NCBI GenBank assembly: GCA_964016885.1
Contig: OZ024751.1
Location: 14,694,001-14,758,000, forward strand
Direction of reading: 5' to 3'
Length of the DNA stretch: 64,000 bases
Source of the DNA: Eledone cirrhosa
Lineage: Eukaryota
Of this stretch, positions 13,455 to 27,600 are shown one piece after another; position 1 is the first letter of the stretch, and each line of letters begins with the position of its first letter. The translations under genes and the position numbers were made by a program. Under the pieces are notes generated by a model, which worked only from the letters and a program-made list of their open reading frames with translations, did not search any database and was not told the origin of the DNA.

Positions 13455-13670
13455 AGGAACGATCAACTTTCGTCAAATCGGACCGAGGGAACAATGTTTC
13501 CGTTGGTCTTTCCAATTGCTAATACTATCTATCGGTCGCAACTCCAGGTAGAAGGAGCAACGTGAAATAAAGTGTCTTGCCCAAGGACATAACGCATCGC
13601 CTGGTCCAGGAATCGAACTCACAACCTTACGATTGCGAATCCAATTCTTTAACCACTCAGCCACACGCCT

Positions 13671-13672
<2 letters not shown>
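13455..13672 (-). mobile_element. Second copy of the 7067-7277 SINE
   Basis: Reverse complement of 7067-7277 with few substitutions. Confidence 0.8.
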
Positions 13673-13736
<64 letters not shown>

Positions 13737-14019
13737 AGATGATTCAGTGAATTGTTGGTGTTGGTACCAAAGCAAGCACTCTATGCACAAAAAAATAGGG
13801 CCGATGCTTATATATACACCCATCATCTCATAAACCACAACAAAAATATATTTTTGTCACATCACCCGTCTGAAAAGCAGATCAATAATGGAGTAAGGTC
13901 CAGAACGCCTATGGGTGACCTTGAGACAATCCTCTGGAAAATGTGCATAACAGGTTGATACACAATAAATATCATATACATGTAAATGAAACTTCATTTT
14001 TTCTAATAGATATCTCGAT

Positions 14020-14088
14020 AGATAGATAGATAGATATGTTTCTTTATTAGCCACAGGGGCACAAAAGAAGGGGACAAATACAAAGGGG

Positions 14089-14120
<32 letters not shown>

Positions 14121-14675
14121 TGTTTCTTTATTAGCCACAGGGGCACAAAAGAAGGGGACAAATACAAAGGGGGATAGATAGATAGATAGATATGTTTCTT
14201 ATTAGCCACAGGGGCACAAAAGAAGGGGACAAATACAAAGGGGGATAGATAGATAGATAGATAGATATGTTTCTTATTAGCCACAGGGGCACAAAAGAAG
14301 GAGACAAATACAAAGGGGGATAGATAGATAGATAGATAGATATGTTTCTTATTAGCCACAGGGGCACAAAAGAAGGAGACAAATACAAAGGGGGATAGAT
14401 AGATAGATATGTTTCTTTATTAGCCACAGGGGCACAAAAGAAGGAGACAAATACAAAGGGGGATAGATAGATAGATATGTTTCTTTATTAGCCACAGGGG
14501 CACAAAAGAAGGAGACAAATACAAAGGGGGATAGATAGATAGATAGGTTTCTTATTAGCCACAGGGGCACAAAAGAAGAGAACAAATACAAAGGGGGATA
14601 GATATGTTTCTTATTAGCCACAGGGGCACAAAAGAAGGGGACAAATACAAAGGGGGATAGATAGATAGATAGATA
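14020..14675 (-). repeat. ~9 tandem units of a ~55-bp core plus variable (GATA)n
   Basis: TATGTTTCTT(T)ATTAGCCACAGGGGCACAAAAGAAGG(G/A)GACAAATACAAAGGGG+(GATA)n. Confidence 0.95.
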
Positions 14676-15120
14676 TTGTAGATATGAGCAACCTATATCA
14701 TCGCTACTCCAATGATATAAGCCCAGACACTGTGGGGAGCTATGTTCCCTGGCGTGCAGAACCTCAGATACAATTGACCTCACGATTCCAGCGGGGAGGA
14801 GAGTGAAGGAGATACATTGAAATAGCCATTCCAACTCGCAGGACTCACTGCTGTGAGGGGGGTCAACTCTGCTCTGATAGCTGCGAATAAGGAGATGGTG
14901 TGGGGACCACATTGGATTGGCAGTATCGGTAGAGGGTCGGATGCCATGCTTTCCAGCATAGTTACGTCCCTTTACGATTTGAGTTCAAATCCCGCCGAGG
15001 TTGACTTTGCCTTTCATCCTTACGGGGTCGATAAAATAAAGTACCAGTAATGCACTGGGTAATTGCTGGCCTTGTGCCTAAAGTAGAAACAATTATTGAT
15101 CAATGTTTTCTTTCTTTTAA

Positions 15121-15321
15121 CCTTTTAGCATTTAAACTGGCCATATCCGGCCAGAATTCTCTCACCTCTTTCTGTTCAAACTGGCCATAACCGGCCACTC
15201 ATACTGACATCAGGGTATTATTCTCAAAATGAATAACATCATTAAAATCTTGTAGATCCGATATTATGTAAGGTAAAAGCCTTTACCACAAAAATACAAT
15301 AGTAATGTAAATGCTCAAGGG
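15121..15321. mobile_element. piggyBac-type (TTAA) MITE
   Basis: Same family as 9907-10115, with TTAA flanks. Confidence 0.85.
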
Positions 15322-15683
15322 TTAAGATGGTAGGTTGTGATTTGAAGGTAACTGGCTGCTGTTTTAGGAGAGACACCCTCTTTGGCTGAAGTCTGTATTG
15401 AGAGAACAACATGTGACTGACAGACGACACTAATCCACAGACGTAAAACCATTTGACAAAATACATAAGTGAGCAAGAGAGCTAAACCTACATAGGTGTG
15501 AACTGTAACATAAACTACATGATAGAACTGGGATCTGTATCATTAAAACACACGATAAACCTCACTGATAACTCTTTCCTTGTAAACCGTATCTTTGTAT
15601 ATATCTTGCATGGTTATATTACAAGTCTTTATTTAGAAAAATTTTTCACAAAACCTCCCATAGTAAAAACAAAACGCTATTAA

Positions 15684-15912
15684 CCCTTTAGCATTTAACC
15701 CGGCAGTATCCGGCCTGAATTCTCTCACCTCTTTCTGTTCAAACCAACCGTAACTGGTTGCTCATACTTATGTTAAGGTATTGTTCTCAAAATAAATAAT
15801 AACATTATCAAAATCTTACACATTATTACAGATAATTATGTAAGATAAGTGATATAAAGACTTTACCATGGAAATATGATAGTAAATATAGAGTAATGTA
15901 AATGCTAAAGAG
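15684..15912. mobile_element. piggyBac-type (TTAA) MITE
   Basis: Same family, with TTAA flanks. Confidence 0.85.
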
Positions 15913-16189
15913 TTAAAGCACATATAAACTTTCCTTGCGAATCGTGTCTCACTACCGATCTTCAACAACTAGGTTACTTAGGAATGCAGCCTGTCAATAA
16001 CCTGAGATGAACACGAGTTATAAATCAACAATGTGTAGGACATTCACACAGCTTTCAAATACTTGACTTAATGTTAATATACCGAATAAACAAAACTAGT
16101 AATGTTTATTACATACAACATTAGTCATTGTTCAAGTAATTATATTTTAATTAAGGAGGCAGGGAACTAAACATTTCAAATATATATAT

Positions 16190-16553
16190 ATCATCATCAT
16201 CATCTCATCATCATCATTTTACGTCTGCTTTTCCCTGCTTGCAAGGGTGGGACGAGTCCTATTCAGCACAGCATCTCTCCACTTGTCACGGTCCTTCGTG
16301 AGCTTCAGCAGCGATCTGAGGTCAGCTCTCACAACCTCCGCCCGTGCTTTTCGTGGTCTTCCTCTACTACGTCTTCCTTCAACTGGCATTTCTTCACCCA
16401 TCGGTCATCCTCCATGCACATCACACGTCCGTACCATCGCAGTCTCCTCTCCCGCACACTACAATTTATCCCTCTCAGACACACTTTCTCTCTCAACACA
16501 TCGATGCTCGGCCCTTCATGCACATTGACATTGCACATCCAACGGAGCATGCT
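16190..16553 (-). mobile_element. RTE LINE 3' fragment, decayed
   Basis: MLRWMCNVNV...RLRWYGRV...RGRPRK, with deletions and the same 3' end. Confidence 0.88.
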
Positions 16554-16717
16554 TATATATATATTTAAGAAATACAGCAATACTGAATTGAAATTATAGC
16601 TGTTTGAAACTATGTCTATAATAGATTTCATTTCCCTTGAGGCACAGAAAATAGAATGGTGATACAGAGTAGGTGAATGTGCCTGTGTGTGTGTTGTAAG
16701 AGGCGACTAAAAGGTTT

Positions 16718-17360
16718 GGTATGAGGGGAGAGAGAGAGGGTATGAAGGGAGAGAGAGAGAGGGTATGCAGGGAGAGAGAGAGAGAGGGTATGCAGGGAGA
16801 GAGAGAGAGAGGGTATGCAGGGAGAGAGAGAGAGAGGGTATGCAGGGAGAGAGAGAGAGAGGGTATGCAGGGAGAGAGAGAGAGAGGGTATGCAGGGAGA
16901 GAGAGAGAGGGTATGCAGGGAGAGAGAGAGAGAGGGTATGCAGGGAGAGAGAGAGAGAGGGTATGCAGGGAGAGAGAGAGAGAGGGTATGCAGGGAGAGA
17001 GAGAGAGAGGGTATGCAGGGAGAGAGAGAGAGGGTATGCAGGGAGAGAGAGAGAGGGTATGCAGGGAGAGAGAGAGAGAGGGTATGCAGGGAGAGAGAGA
17101 GAGAGAGGGTATGCAGGGAGAGAGAGAGAGAGGGTATGCAGGAGGGGGGTAGAGAGAGGGTATGAGAGGGGGGAGATAGAGAGAGGGTATGTGGGGGGGA
17201 GATAGAGAGAGGGTATGTGGGGGAGATAGAGAGAGGGTATGCGGGGGGATAGAGAGAGGGTATGAGAGGGGGGATATAGAGAGAGTATGAGGGGAGAGAG
17301 AGGGGAGTGAAAAGGGGGTTGAGGAGAGGAAGGGGCGAGGTAGGAGAGAGAGAGAGAGAG
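16718..17360. repeat. GGGTATGCAGG(GA)n polypurine minisatellite
   Basis: 22-28-bp units differing in GA count. Confidence 0.95.
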
Positions 17361-18119
17361 ATGTCATCAAGAATTGCTAATTAAAAATGTTTAAATACAA
17401 AAACCTTAATCACCACAACTAATTTGTAGACAGACTGTAACCAATTCACAGGCAATTCTTTTAAAACATACTAAGATAAAACAAAGGGGAGGGGTGGTTG
17501 GATGGTCACATAACCCCCCCCCCCAACACCACCATGAAAAAACAACGTATTTTACATAAAATATATTAATGATAAAACTTCACACCACCACCACCAACAC
17601 CTAGTAGGGTAGTGGCATGTGGGAGAAAGTGGTGGTGGTGGTGGTGATGTGTGGGTGGTGGTGGGGTAGTGGCATGTGGGAGAAAGTGGTGGTGGTGGTG
17701 GTGGGGTAGTGGCATGTGGGAGAAAGTGGTGGTGGTGGTAATGGCATGTGTGGGAAGGTGGAGGTGGTAGAAGTGTAAAGGGAGGCAGTGGTGTGTAGGT
17801 GGTAGCAGAAGTGGTGGTGGTGGTGGTGGTGTGGGGGTGGTGGTGGTGGTGGTGGTGTGGGGGGAGTGGTACTGTGTAGGTGGTGGTAATAATGTATCAG
17901 AGGAGATGGTGGCAGAGTTGGTGGTGGTGGTGGGAAGATGTGGTGGGGATTATAGCATGTGGGGGAAGGTGGTGGTGGTGATGGTGGGAGGATGTGGTGG
18001 GGATTATAGCATGTGGGGGAAGGTGGTGGTGGTGGTGATGGTGGGAGGATGTGGTGGGGATTATAGCATGTGGGGGAAGATGGTGGTGGTAGAAGTGTAA
18101 AGGGAGACAGTGGTGGTAG

Positions 18120-18171
<52 letters not shown>

Positions 18172-18485
18172 GTGGTTATAAGTTAATTAGATTGTTGGTG
18201 AGTGTATACTTTACTTTATAGAAGTGTATATAGTGTATATTTATAGTCAAGATATATACACACTGGATAGAATAACATTAACATCTCTGAGAGGAAGGAC
18301 TTATCAAAATACACTGAACTGTGTAGGTGTCTGTGTGTCTGTATATTGATATATGTGTGTGTTTATATGTTTGTGTATGTATGCGTGTGTGCCTGTGTTT
18401 ATATATGTATTTGTGTGCATGTGAATGTTCGTGTATCTGTGTGTGTGTGTATGTTTATGTGTGTGTATGTTTATGTGTGTTTGTA

Positions 18486-18518
<33 letters not shown>

Positions 18519-19103
18519 TTATGTGCGTTTGTATGTTTATGTGTGTATGTGTTTATGTGTGTGTATGTGTGTGTATGTGTTCGTGTGTGTGTATGTGTTC
18601 ATGTGTGTGTATGTGTTCATGTGTGTGTATGTGTTCATGTGTGTGTATGTGTTCATGTGTGTGTATGTGTTCATGTGTGTGTGTGTATGTGTTCATGTGT
18701 GTGTATGTGTTCATGTGTGTGTATGTGTTCATGTGTGTGTATGTGTTCGTGTTTGTTTATGTGTATGTATGTTTATGTATTTGTGTACATGTGACTGTTT
18801 GTGTGTGTGTCTGTGTGTGTTTATGTGTTTGTGTATGTATGTGTGTATATATATGCGGTGTGCCTTTCCCCACACCCAAAAAGCCCACCTAATGTCCCCT
18901 CCATACACAGTCAGTGTTGGGATTACTAGCAAATGATTCAAGAAAGAGCCAGTCAAAATTAGGATGTGAGTGAATTTGGTAGATGGGAACTGTGTGGAAG
19001 CCTAATATATGTCTTCATCCTCCTCATCACCATCATTCTACGTCTGCCTTCTATACTGGTATAGGTTGGTGAGGTCCTTAGGGTCAGAGTTACTGTCCTA
19101 GAT

Positions 19104-19465
19104 CAGAAGTTCTCAGACTTTTTGCCCTTTCCTCCCCTGACAGCCACGTAATACCTTCAGTGCCCCCCCCCCCCCATACACACACACACACCCTATTTCC
19201 AGAAAGACCTTCCTACACTTAAATTGTAAATGATATATAATAAATAAAATCGTTAATTTAATACAATAAATAATATATATACTATGTTTAAATAAACATT
19301 ACATATTTTTTTATTTTACTATATTTATATATAATATGTATCCTTTGATATTTAATCTACTATTATACAATCTCTACTGCCCCTATCACCTCCTTAGGCT
19401 CCAGCGTCCCCCTGGACCTTCTCAGCGCCCCCTGGCGGCGGTAGTACCCACTTTGAGAACCTCTG
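19104..19465. mobile_element. hAT (Charlie-type) MITE
   Basis: TIRs CAGAAGTTCTCAGACT and revcomp CAGAGGTTCTCAAAGT; perfect 8-bp TSD TCCTAGAT at 19096-19103 and 19466-19473. Confidence 0.92.
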
Positions 19466-19993
19466 TCCTAGATGGATCATGGGACATCATACCACACTCA
19501 TATGTTCCAAATTTTGTCACGGTTTCTACAGCTGGACGATGCCCCTTCCTAACACCAAGTGTACTGGCTGTTTTTTATCTTATAACATCAACACTAAAGA
19601 GATTGTCATGTCCTTCACAAGACTAAAGAGCCCTCTCTACCCAAGGGTATATATAATAGTCCACACTGTAACGTGGTTGGCATTATGAAGGGCATCCAGC
19701 TGTAGAAACCAAATAAAAATGCAGATCCATATGAGCAAGACTTGGTCTCATAACATGGCAACCCATCTAACCCATACATATGTAGAAAAATAGACATGCA
19801 ATGATGATAATATATATCTATGTGTGTAGTGTGTGTGTGGTGTGTGTGCTCGCGTGTTTTGTTACTGTTGTTAGATCTCACACCTACGTAGGTTTAGCTG
19901 GTCCCAAACAATCTGTCTAAACCCATGCAAGCATAGAAAATAGACATGTGATGATAATCAATGCTGGATTTACCACTGTGATCAGATATGCTT

Positions 19994-20662
19994 AGGAAGT
20001 TTTATTGATCAAAGCCTCAGTCCTATCATGAAAACCAAGGTAAAATAAGTACAACACTCAGTCCAAGGGTGGTCTCTAGGAAGTTTTATTGATCGAGGCC
20101 TCAGTCCTATCATGAAAACCAAGGTAAAATAAGTACAACACTCAGTCCAAGGGTGGTCTCTAGGAAGTTTTATTGATCGAAGCCTCAGTCCTATCATGAA
20201 AACCAAGGTAAAATAAGTACAACACTCAGTCCAAGAGTGGTTTCTAGGAAGTTTTATTGATCAAAGCCTCAGTCCTATCATGAAAACCAAGGTAAAATAA
20301 GTACAACACTCAGTCCAAGAGTGGTTTCTAGGAAGTTTTATTGATCAAAGCCTCAGTCCTATCATGAAAACCAAGGTAAAATAAGTACAACACTCAGTCC
20401 AAGAGTGGTTTCTAGGAAGTTTTATTGATCAAAGCCTCAGTCCTATCATGAAAACCAAGGTAAAATAAGTACAACACTCAGTCCAAGAGTGGTTTCTAGG
20501 AAGTTTTATTGATCAAAGCCTCAGCCCTATTATGAAAACCAAGGTAAAATGAAGCACAACACTCAGTCCAAGGGAGGTTTCTAGGAAGTTTTATTGATCG
20601 AGGCCTCAGTCCTATTATGAAAACCAAGGTAAAATGAAGCACAGCACTCAGTCCAAGGGAGG
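19994..20662. repeat. 84-bp tandem repeat, ~8 copies
   Basis: AGGAAGTTTTATTGATC... recurs at 19994, 20078, 20162, 20246 and onward. Confidence 0.97.
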
Positions 20663-20830
20663 TACTCACAACACCCTAACCACAACTCCATATATGGCAC
20701 AGAATTATTACGGTAACAGACCAGGCTGAAGCAGTGTCCTAAATTAATGATTCCTCATTACATATATTACATACCAAATACTAATATTGTCATCATCTAT
20801 TTACATCATATATCATCATCTTTATGTACA

Positions 20831-20871
<41 letters not shown>

Positions 20872-20909
20872 TATCACCACCATCTCTATGTACATGTGTG
20901 TGTGTATGC

Positions 20910-20952
<43 letters not shown>

Positions 20953-21044
20953 CACACATATATATTATCATCAGCATCTATGTAAATGCGTGTGTATGTA
21001 TATATACATCTATACACACACACACACACATGTATATATATGTG

Positions 21045-21076
<32 letters not shown>

Positions 21077-21082
21077 TGTATA

Positions 21083-21132
<50 letters not shown>

Positions 21133-22080
21133 TGTATATATATGTGTATATATATATATACACACACACACAGCAGGCAGGTGTTTATTAATACTGGACT
21201 GAAAAATAAAATGGAGACATTCCTCAAAGAACATTATATAGACCTGTAGCCACTTGTGTGTGTGTGTGTGTGTGTATAACTGCATGAGAGTGTATATGGA
21301 TTTGAATGTATATATATGTAGCTGTATGAGTATGTAATCTGTATGAGTGTGTATAGACTGTGTGTGTGTGTAGGCTGTGTGAGTATATGTAGGCTGTGTG
21401 AGTGTGTAGGCTGTGTGAGTATATGTAGGCTGTGTGTGTGTGTGTAGACTGTGTGTGTGAGTGTGTAGGCTGTGTGAGTATATGTAGGCTGTGTGTGTGT
21501 GTGTAGGCTATGTGAGTGTGTAGGCTGTGTGAGTATATGTAGGCTGTGTGTGTGTGTGTAGACTGTGTGAGTGTGTAGGCTGTGTGTGTGTGTAGACTGT
21601 GTGTGTGAGTGTAGACTGTGTGTGTGAGTGTAGACTGTGTGTGTGAGTGTAGGCTGTGTGTGTGTATCTGTATGAGTATATATATAGATTGGTCTATGTG
21701 AATGTATATGTATGTGTAAAATTCTCTGTATGTAAGCTGTGTGTGTCTATGTGTGTAATTCTTCTATAATTGCTCCATCATCATCATCGCGACCATCACC
21801 ACCACCACCACCATCATCATCATCACCACTACCATAACCACCATCACCACCACCACCACTACCATCATCACGACCACCGCTATCCTCAGCACCACAACTA
21901 CCACCACCACCACCACCATCATCACAATCACCGCCACCACCACTATCATCCTCACCACCACCACCACAACCACTATCACTACCACCACCACCACAATCAC
22001 CACCACCAACATCATCATCATCAGTAGCAGCAAAAGGAGAAATGATGCCAAGAAACAAAGAAAATACATGGATGACGACA

Positions 22081-22112
<32 letters not shown>

Positions 22113-23217
22113 CTCCTTAATGCCATAACACCATTTCTGGATGGGGAGTAGGGGGAGGTGGTTTCCTTCTACCCCTCCCCCCAGATAACTTTGGAACACA
22201 AAGAAAGCCAGTGTATGTGTTTGTGTGCCTGTGTTTGTCTATGTGCTTGTGTTTGTGTGTGTGTGTCTGTTTGTGTGCACAGGCACATACACACAGGTAT
22301 GTGTGTGTGTGCCTGTGTTTGTGCGTGTGTGTATGTGTATGTGTGCCTGTGTGTGTGACTGTTTGTGTGTGTGTCTGCCTGTGACTGTGTGTGTGTGTGT
22401 GTGTGTGTGATGACAACTGAACTAAGTTCCTATCTTCCTGTACTCCCCCCTCCACACACACACGTCCACTATCACAGTTTTATTATATCTTTTATATCTT
22501 CAGAGAGGTGAGCAATGTGTGTATGTGTGGGTGTGATGTGTGGCATCTGTACGTGTGTACATGTGTGTGTATGGGTGTGATGTGATGTGATGCCTGTGTA
22601 TTTGTGTGTATGTGTGTGTATGTGTGATGTGTCTATGTGTGTGTGTGCAACACACCATCACCACAATTACCACTGAAATGATTACCATCATTAACACCAA
22701 CGCCATCATCACCTCAAATACTACCATTACCACCAACACCACTACCACCAACACCATCACCACCATTACCATCACTACCAACACCACCACCACTACTACC
22801 ACCACTACCAACACCACCGCCAACATCATCACCAGCACTAACATTACTATCACCACAAGTACCACCACCACCACTAGCACCATTACCATCACCACCACCA
22901 CCACAACCAACATCATTACCACCACCACCAACATCATTACTACCATTACCACCACCATCATTACCACCACTACCACTATTACCACCACTACTACTACTAC
23001 TACTACTACATTACATGGGACCAGGTGGAATAAATATAATTGTTTCTATGTTTGGCACAAGGCCAGCAATTATCCAGTGTATTACTGGTACTTTATTTTA
23101 TCGACCCCGTAAAGATGAAAGGCAAAGTTAACCTCGGCGGGATTTGAACTCAGATCATAAAGGGAGGTAACTCTATACGTCAAAGCATTAATGAAACAAG
23201 ATCAGGTCTGTGAAATC

Positions 23218-23267
<50 letters not shown>

Positions 23268-24314
23268 ACACACAAATACATAACATACAATACACACACA
23301 ACCTTTAATACATATACACATACAAATATATACACACGTGTGAATGTATATATAATCTATAATATATAAGGTTTCTGCCCTTCTCTTCAGTTTATCTCAT
23401 TTCACTCTCTCTCTAGCTAGCTACACTCTCACTCTTATTCCCCCACCACTACTCTCTTATCCCCCCACCCTCAGTCTCTCTCTCTCCTTCACTAACTACT
23501 CTCACTCTCTTATCCCCCCCCCCCGCCCTCATTCTCTCTCAAACATTCTACCTCTCTCTCATTATCTACCCCCCCTCTTTACTATATGTCCTCTTCTCTC
23601 TCACACCTACACCTCCCTCTCTCTGCCATTGTATGTCCCTCCCCACCCTCTATCCCTCTCTCTCTTCACTATATTTCACTCTCTATCTCTCTCTTTACCC
23701 TCTACCCCTCTCTCTCTCTTCACTATATTTCACCCTCTATCTCTGTTTCTTTACCCTCTACCCCCTCTCTCTCTTCACTATATTTCACTCTCTATCTCTC
23801 TCTTTACCCTCTACCCCTCTCTCTCTCTTCACTATATTTCACCCTCTATCTCTCTCTCTTTACTCTCTACCCCTCTCTCTCTCTTCACTATATTTCACCC
23901 TCTCTCGCAGCCCTTTCTTCGCTATATGTCACCTCTCTCTCTCTCACACTATATGCCCCACACCCTCTACCTCTCTCTTCCTTATGTCCCCCACTCCCTC
24001 TCTTACTACCCCCTACCCCCATCTCTCTCTCTCTCTCTCTCATATATCTCCTCTCTACATGATTCTATTAATCCATCCACAAAGAAATGAGATAAATTTA
24101 AACAATTCTGGATCACATCTGTTGTTGTTGTTGTTATCAAGCTGAGCTGATTGTCTTGGTTTTGCTATCACAGTGTGATACGCTTAACTAGATATACATA
24201 CATTATATAAACACACACACACATATATATATATATAGTGAGAGAGAGACCATATAATGTATGTATATATGTGAGTGTGTGTGTGTGTGTGTGTATATAT
24301 TTAATATAGAAAAG

Positions 24315-24363
24315 GCTTCTACAGGACTAGAACTGTTTCATTTGGGAGAAATCATCAAGAAGC
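24315..24363 (-). ncRNA. Hammerhead motif, C3U variant of the 33499/56194 family
   Basis: GCTTC-TTGATGA-TTTCTCCCAAAT-GAAA-CAG..CTG-TA-GAAGC. Confidence 0.6.
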
Positions 24364-24366
24364 GGG

Positions 24367-24435
<69 letters not shown>

Positions 24436-24649
24436 ATACATAGAGGGGAATATATGAGGAACGATATAGAAATAGTGAGGGGGAGAGAGAATATACAAAG
24501 ATATAGTGATAAGGAGGGAGGGAGTGGGAAATATATAGAGATAAGGAGGGAGGGGGTAAGAGAGATGAGCCAGTCGGTGATTGTGAGGTTCAGTGAGGAA
24601 TTAGTCAGAGGATAAAACAGAAGAGGTGGAGGGGGGGGGGGGGGGGTGA

Positions 24650-27600
24650 CACAAGAGTGATGATGATGATGTTGTTGGTAATGATGATGATGATGTTGGT
24701 AATGATGATGATGATGTTGGTAATGATGATGATGATGTTGGTAATGATGATGATGATGGAAATAACTGTTTCTACCTTTGGCACAAGGCCAGCAATTATC
24801 TCAGTGTATTACTGGTACTTTATTTTATCGACCCCGTAAGGATGAAAGGCAAAGTTAACCTCGGCGGGATTTGAACTCAGATCGCAAAGGGACGTAACTC
24901 TATGATGATGGAAATAATGATGATGATGTTGATAGTGATGATATTGGTAATGATGATGGTTATGATGATGATGGTGCTAGTAATGATAGTGATGGTGATG
25001 ATAACGAAAGCAATGATGCTGGTGGTGATGATAGTGATGATGGTTATGATAAAGATGATGATGGTGATGGTAGTGATGATGATGATGATGATGATAGTGG
25101 TGATGGTGGTGATGGTGGTGATGGTAGTGATGGTGATGGTAGTGATGGTGATGGTAGTGATGGTGGTGATGGTAGTGATGGTAGTGATGGTGGTGCTGGT
25201 AGTGATGGCGATGATGGTAGTGATGGTGATGCTGGTAGTGATGGTGATGGTGATGATGGTGATGGTAGTGATGGTGATGGTAGTGATGGTGGTGGTGGTG
25301 GTGATGGTAGTGATGGTAGTGATGGTGGTGCTGGTAGTGATGGCGATGATGGTAGTGATGGTGATGATGGTAGTGATGGTGATGGTGGTGATGGTAGTGA
25401 TGGTGATGGTAGTGATGGTGGTGGTGGTGATGGTAGTGATGGTGATGGTGGTGATGGTAGTGATGGTGGTGATGGTAGTGATGGTGGTGATGGTAGTGAT
25501 GGTGATGGTAGTGATGGTGATGGTGGTGGTGGTGGTGATGGTAGTGATGGTGATAGTGATGGTGATGATGGTGGTGATGGTGGTGATGGTAGTGATGGTG
25601 ATGGTGGTGGTGGTGGTGATGGTAGTGATGGTGATAGTGATGGTGATGATGGTGGTGATGGTGGTGATGGTAGTGATGGTGATGGTGGTGGTGGTGGTGA
25701 TGGTAGTGATGGTGATAGTGATGGTGATGATGGTGGTGATGGTGGTGATGGTAGTGATGGTGATGGTGGTGGTGGTGGTGATGGTAGTGATGGTGATAGT
25801 GATGGTGATGATGGTAGTGATGGTGGTGATGATGATGATGATGGTAGTGATGGTGGTGCTGGTGATGATGTAGTGATGGTGATGATGGTAGTGATGGTGA
25901 TGGTGGTGGTGGTGATGGTAGTGATGGTGATGGTGGTGATGGTAGTGATGGTGGTGATGGTAGTGATGGTGGTGATGGTAGTGATGGTGATGGTAGTGAT
26001 GGTGATGGTGGTGGTGGTGGTGATGGTAGTGATGGTGATAGTGATGGTGATGATGGTGGTGATGGTGGTGATGGTAGTGATGGTGATGGTGGTGGTGGTG
26101 GTGATGGTAGTGATGGTGATAGTGATGGTGATGATGGTGGTGATGGTGGTGATGGTGGTGATGATGATGATGTAGTGATTATTAAATAGAGAAGAGAGAA
26201 AGCAACTGAATGAGTGAGGGTTAAGTCAGCCATTATTACAAATAGGGAGCAGTTGGGAATAGAAGGGAGGGGGGGGGGATAATGATAATAATAATGATTT
26301 CATTTATTTTATTTTTCTTTCAAAGCAATGAACTGGTGACATTGTAAACAGATGGAGGTAGTAGTGGTGGTAGTGGTGGTGGTGGTGATAGTGGTGGTGG
26401 TGGTGGTGGTAGTAGTGTTGGTGGTGGTGGTGGTGATAGTGGTGGTGGTGATAGTGGTGGTGGTGGTAGTAGTGTTGGTGGTGGTGGTGATAGTGGTGGT
26501 GGTGGAGGTAGTGGTGGTAGTGAAGGTGGTGGTAGTGGTGGTGGAGGTAGTGGTGGTGGTGGTAATGGTGGAGGTAGTGGTGGTGGTGGTGATAGTGGTG
26601 GTGGTGATAGTGGTGGTGGTGATAGTGGTGGTGGTGGTAGTAGTGTTGGTGGTAGTAGTGTTGGTGGTGGTGGTGATAGTGGTGGTGGTGGTAGTAGTGT
26701 TGGTGGTGGTGGTGATAGTGGTGGTGGTGATAGTGGTGGTGGTGGTAGTAGTGTTGGTGGTGGTGGTGATAGTGGTGGTGGTGATAGTGGTGGTGATAGT
26801 GGTGGTGGTGATAGTGGTGGTGGTGGTAGTAGTGTTGGTGGTGGTGGTAGTAGTATTGGTGGTGGAGGAGGTGGTGTTGGTGATAGTAGTGTATGTGGTG
26901 GAAGTGGTGGTGGTGATGGTGGTGGTGGTGGTAGTAGTGTTGGTGGTGGTGGTGGTAGTGTTGGAAGTGGTAGTGGTGGAAGTGGTAGTGTTGGTTGTGG
27001 AGGTGGTAGTAGTGTTGTGGTGGTAGGTGGTAGTAGTGTAGGTGGTGGTAGTAGTGTTGGTGGTGGTAGTGTAGGTGGTGGTTGTAGTGTTGGTGGTGGA
27101 GGTGGTGGTAGTAGTGTTGGTGGTGGTAGTGTAGGTGTAGAGGTAGGTGGTGGTAGTAGTGTTGGTGGTAGTAGTGTTGGTGGTGGAGGTGGTAGTAGTG
27201 TTGGTGGTGGAGGTGGTAGTAGTGTTGGTGGTGGAGGTGGTAGTAGTGTAGGTGGTGGAGTTGGTGGTAGTGCTGGTGGTGGTGGTGGGAGGAATACATA
27301 TTGAAAAATGTATGTATGTATATATATATGTGTGTGTGTTTGGATGATAGGAGTATTGTAAATACATATATATGCGTGGGTGGGCGTCCATAAACACATC
27401 TGTGTGTGTGTGTGTACATTAGTGTGTGTGTACATTAGTGTGTGTATGTGTAAGTATATGTGAGTATATATTTACACACACACACACACATATGTGTGTA
27501 TGTGTGTGTGTGTGTGTGTGTGCATCTGTGGATATGTGTAGGTGTATGTGTGAGTATATGTGTGCATCTATGGATATGCTTGTGTGTGTGTATATATATA

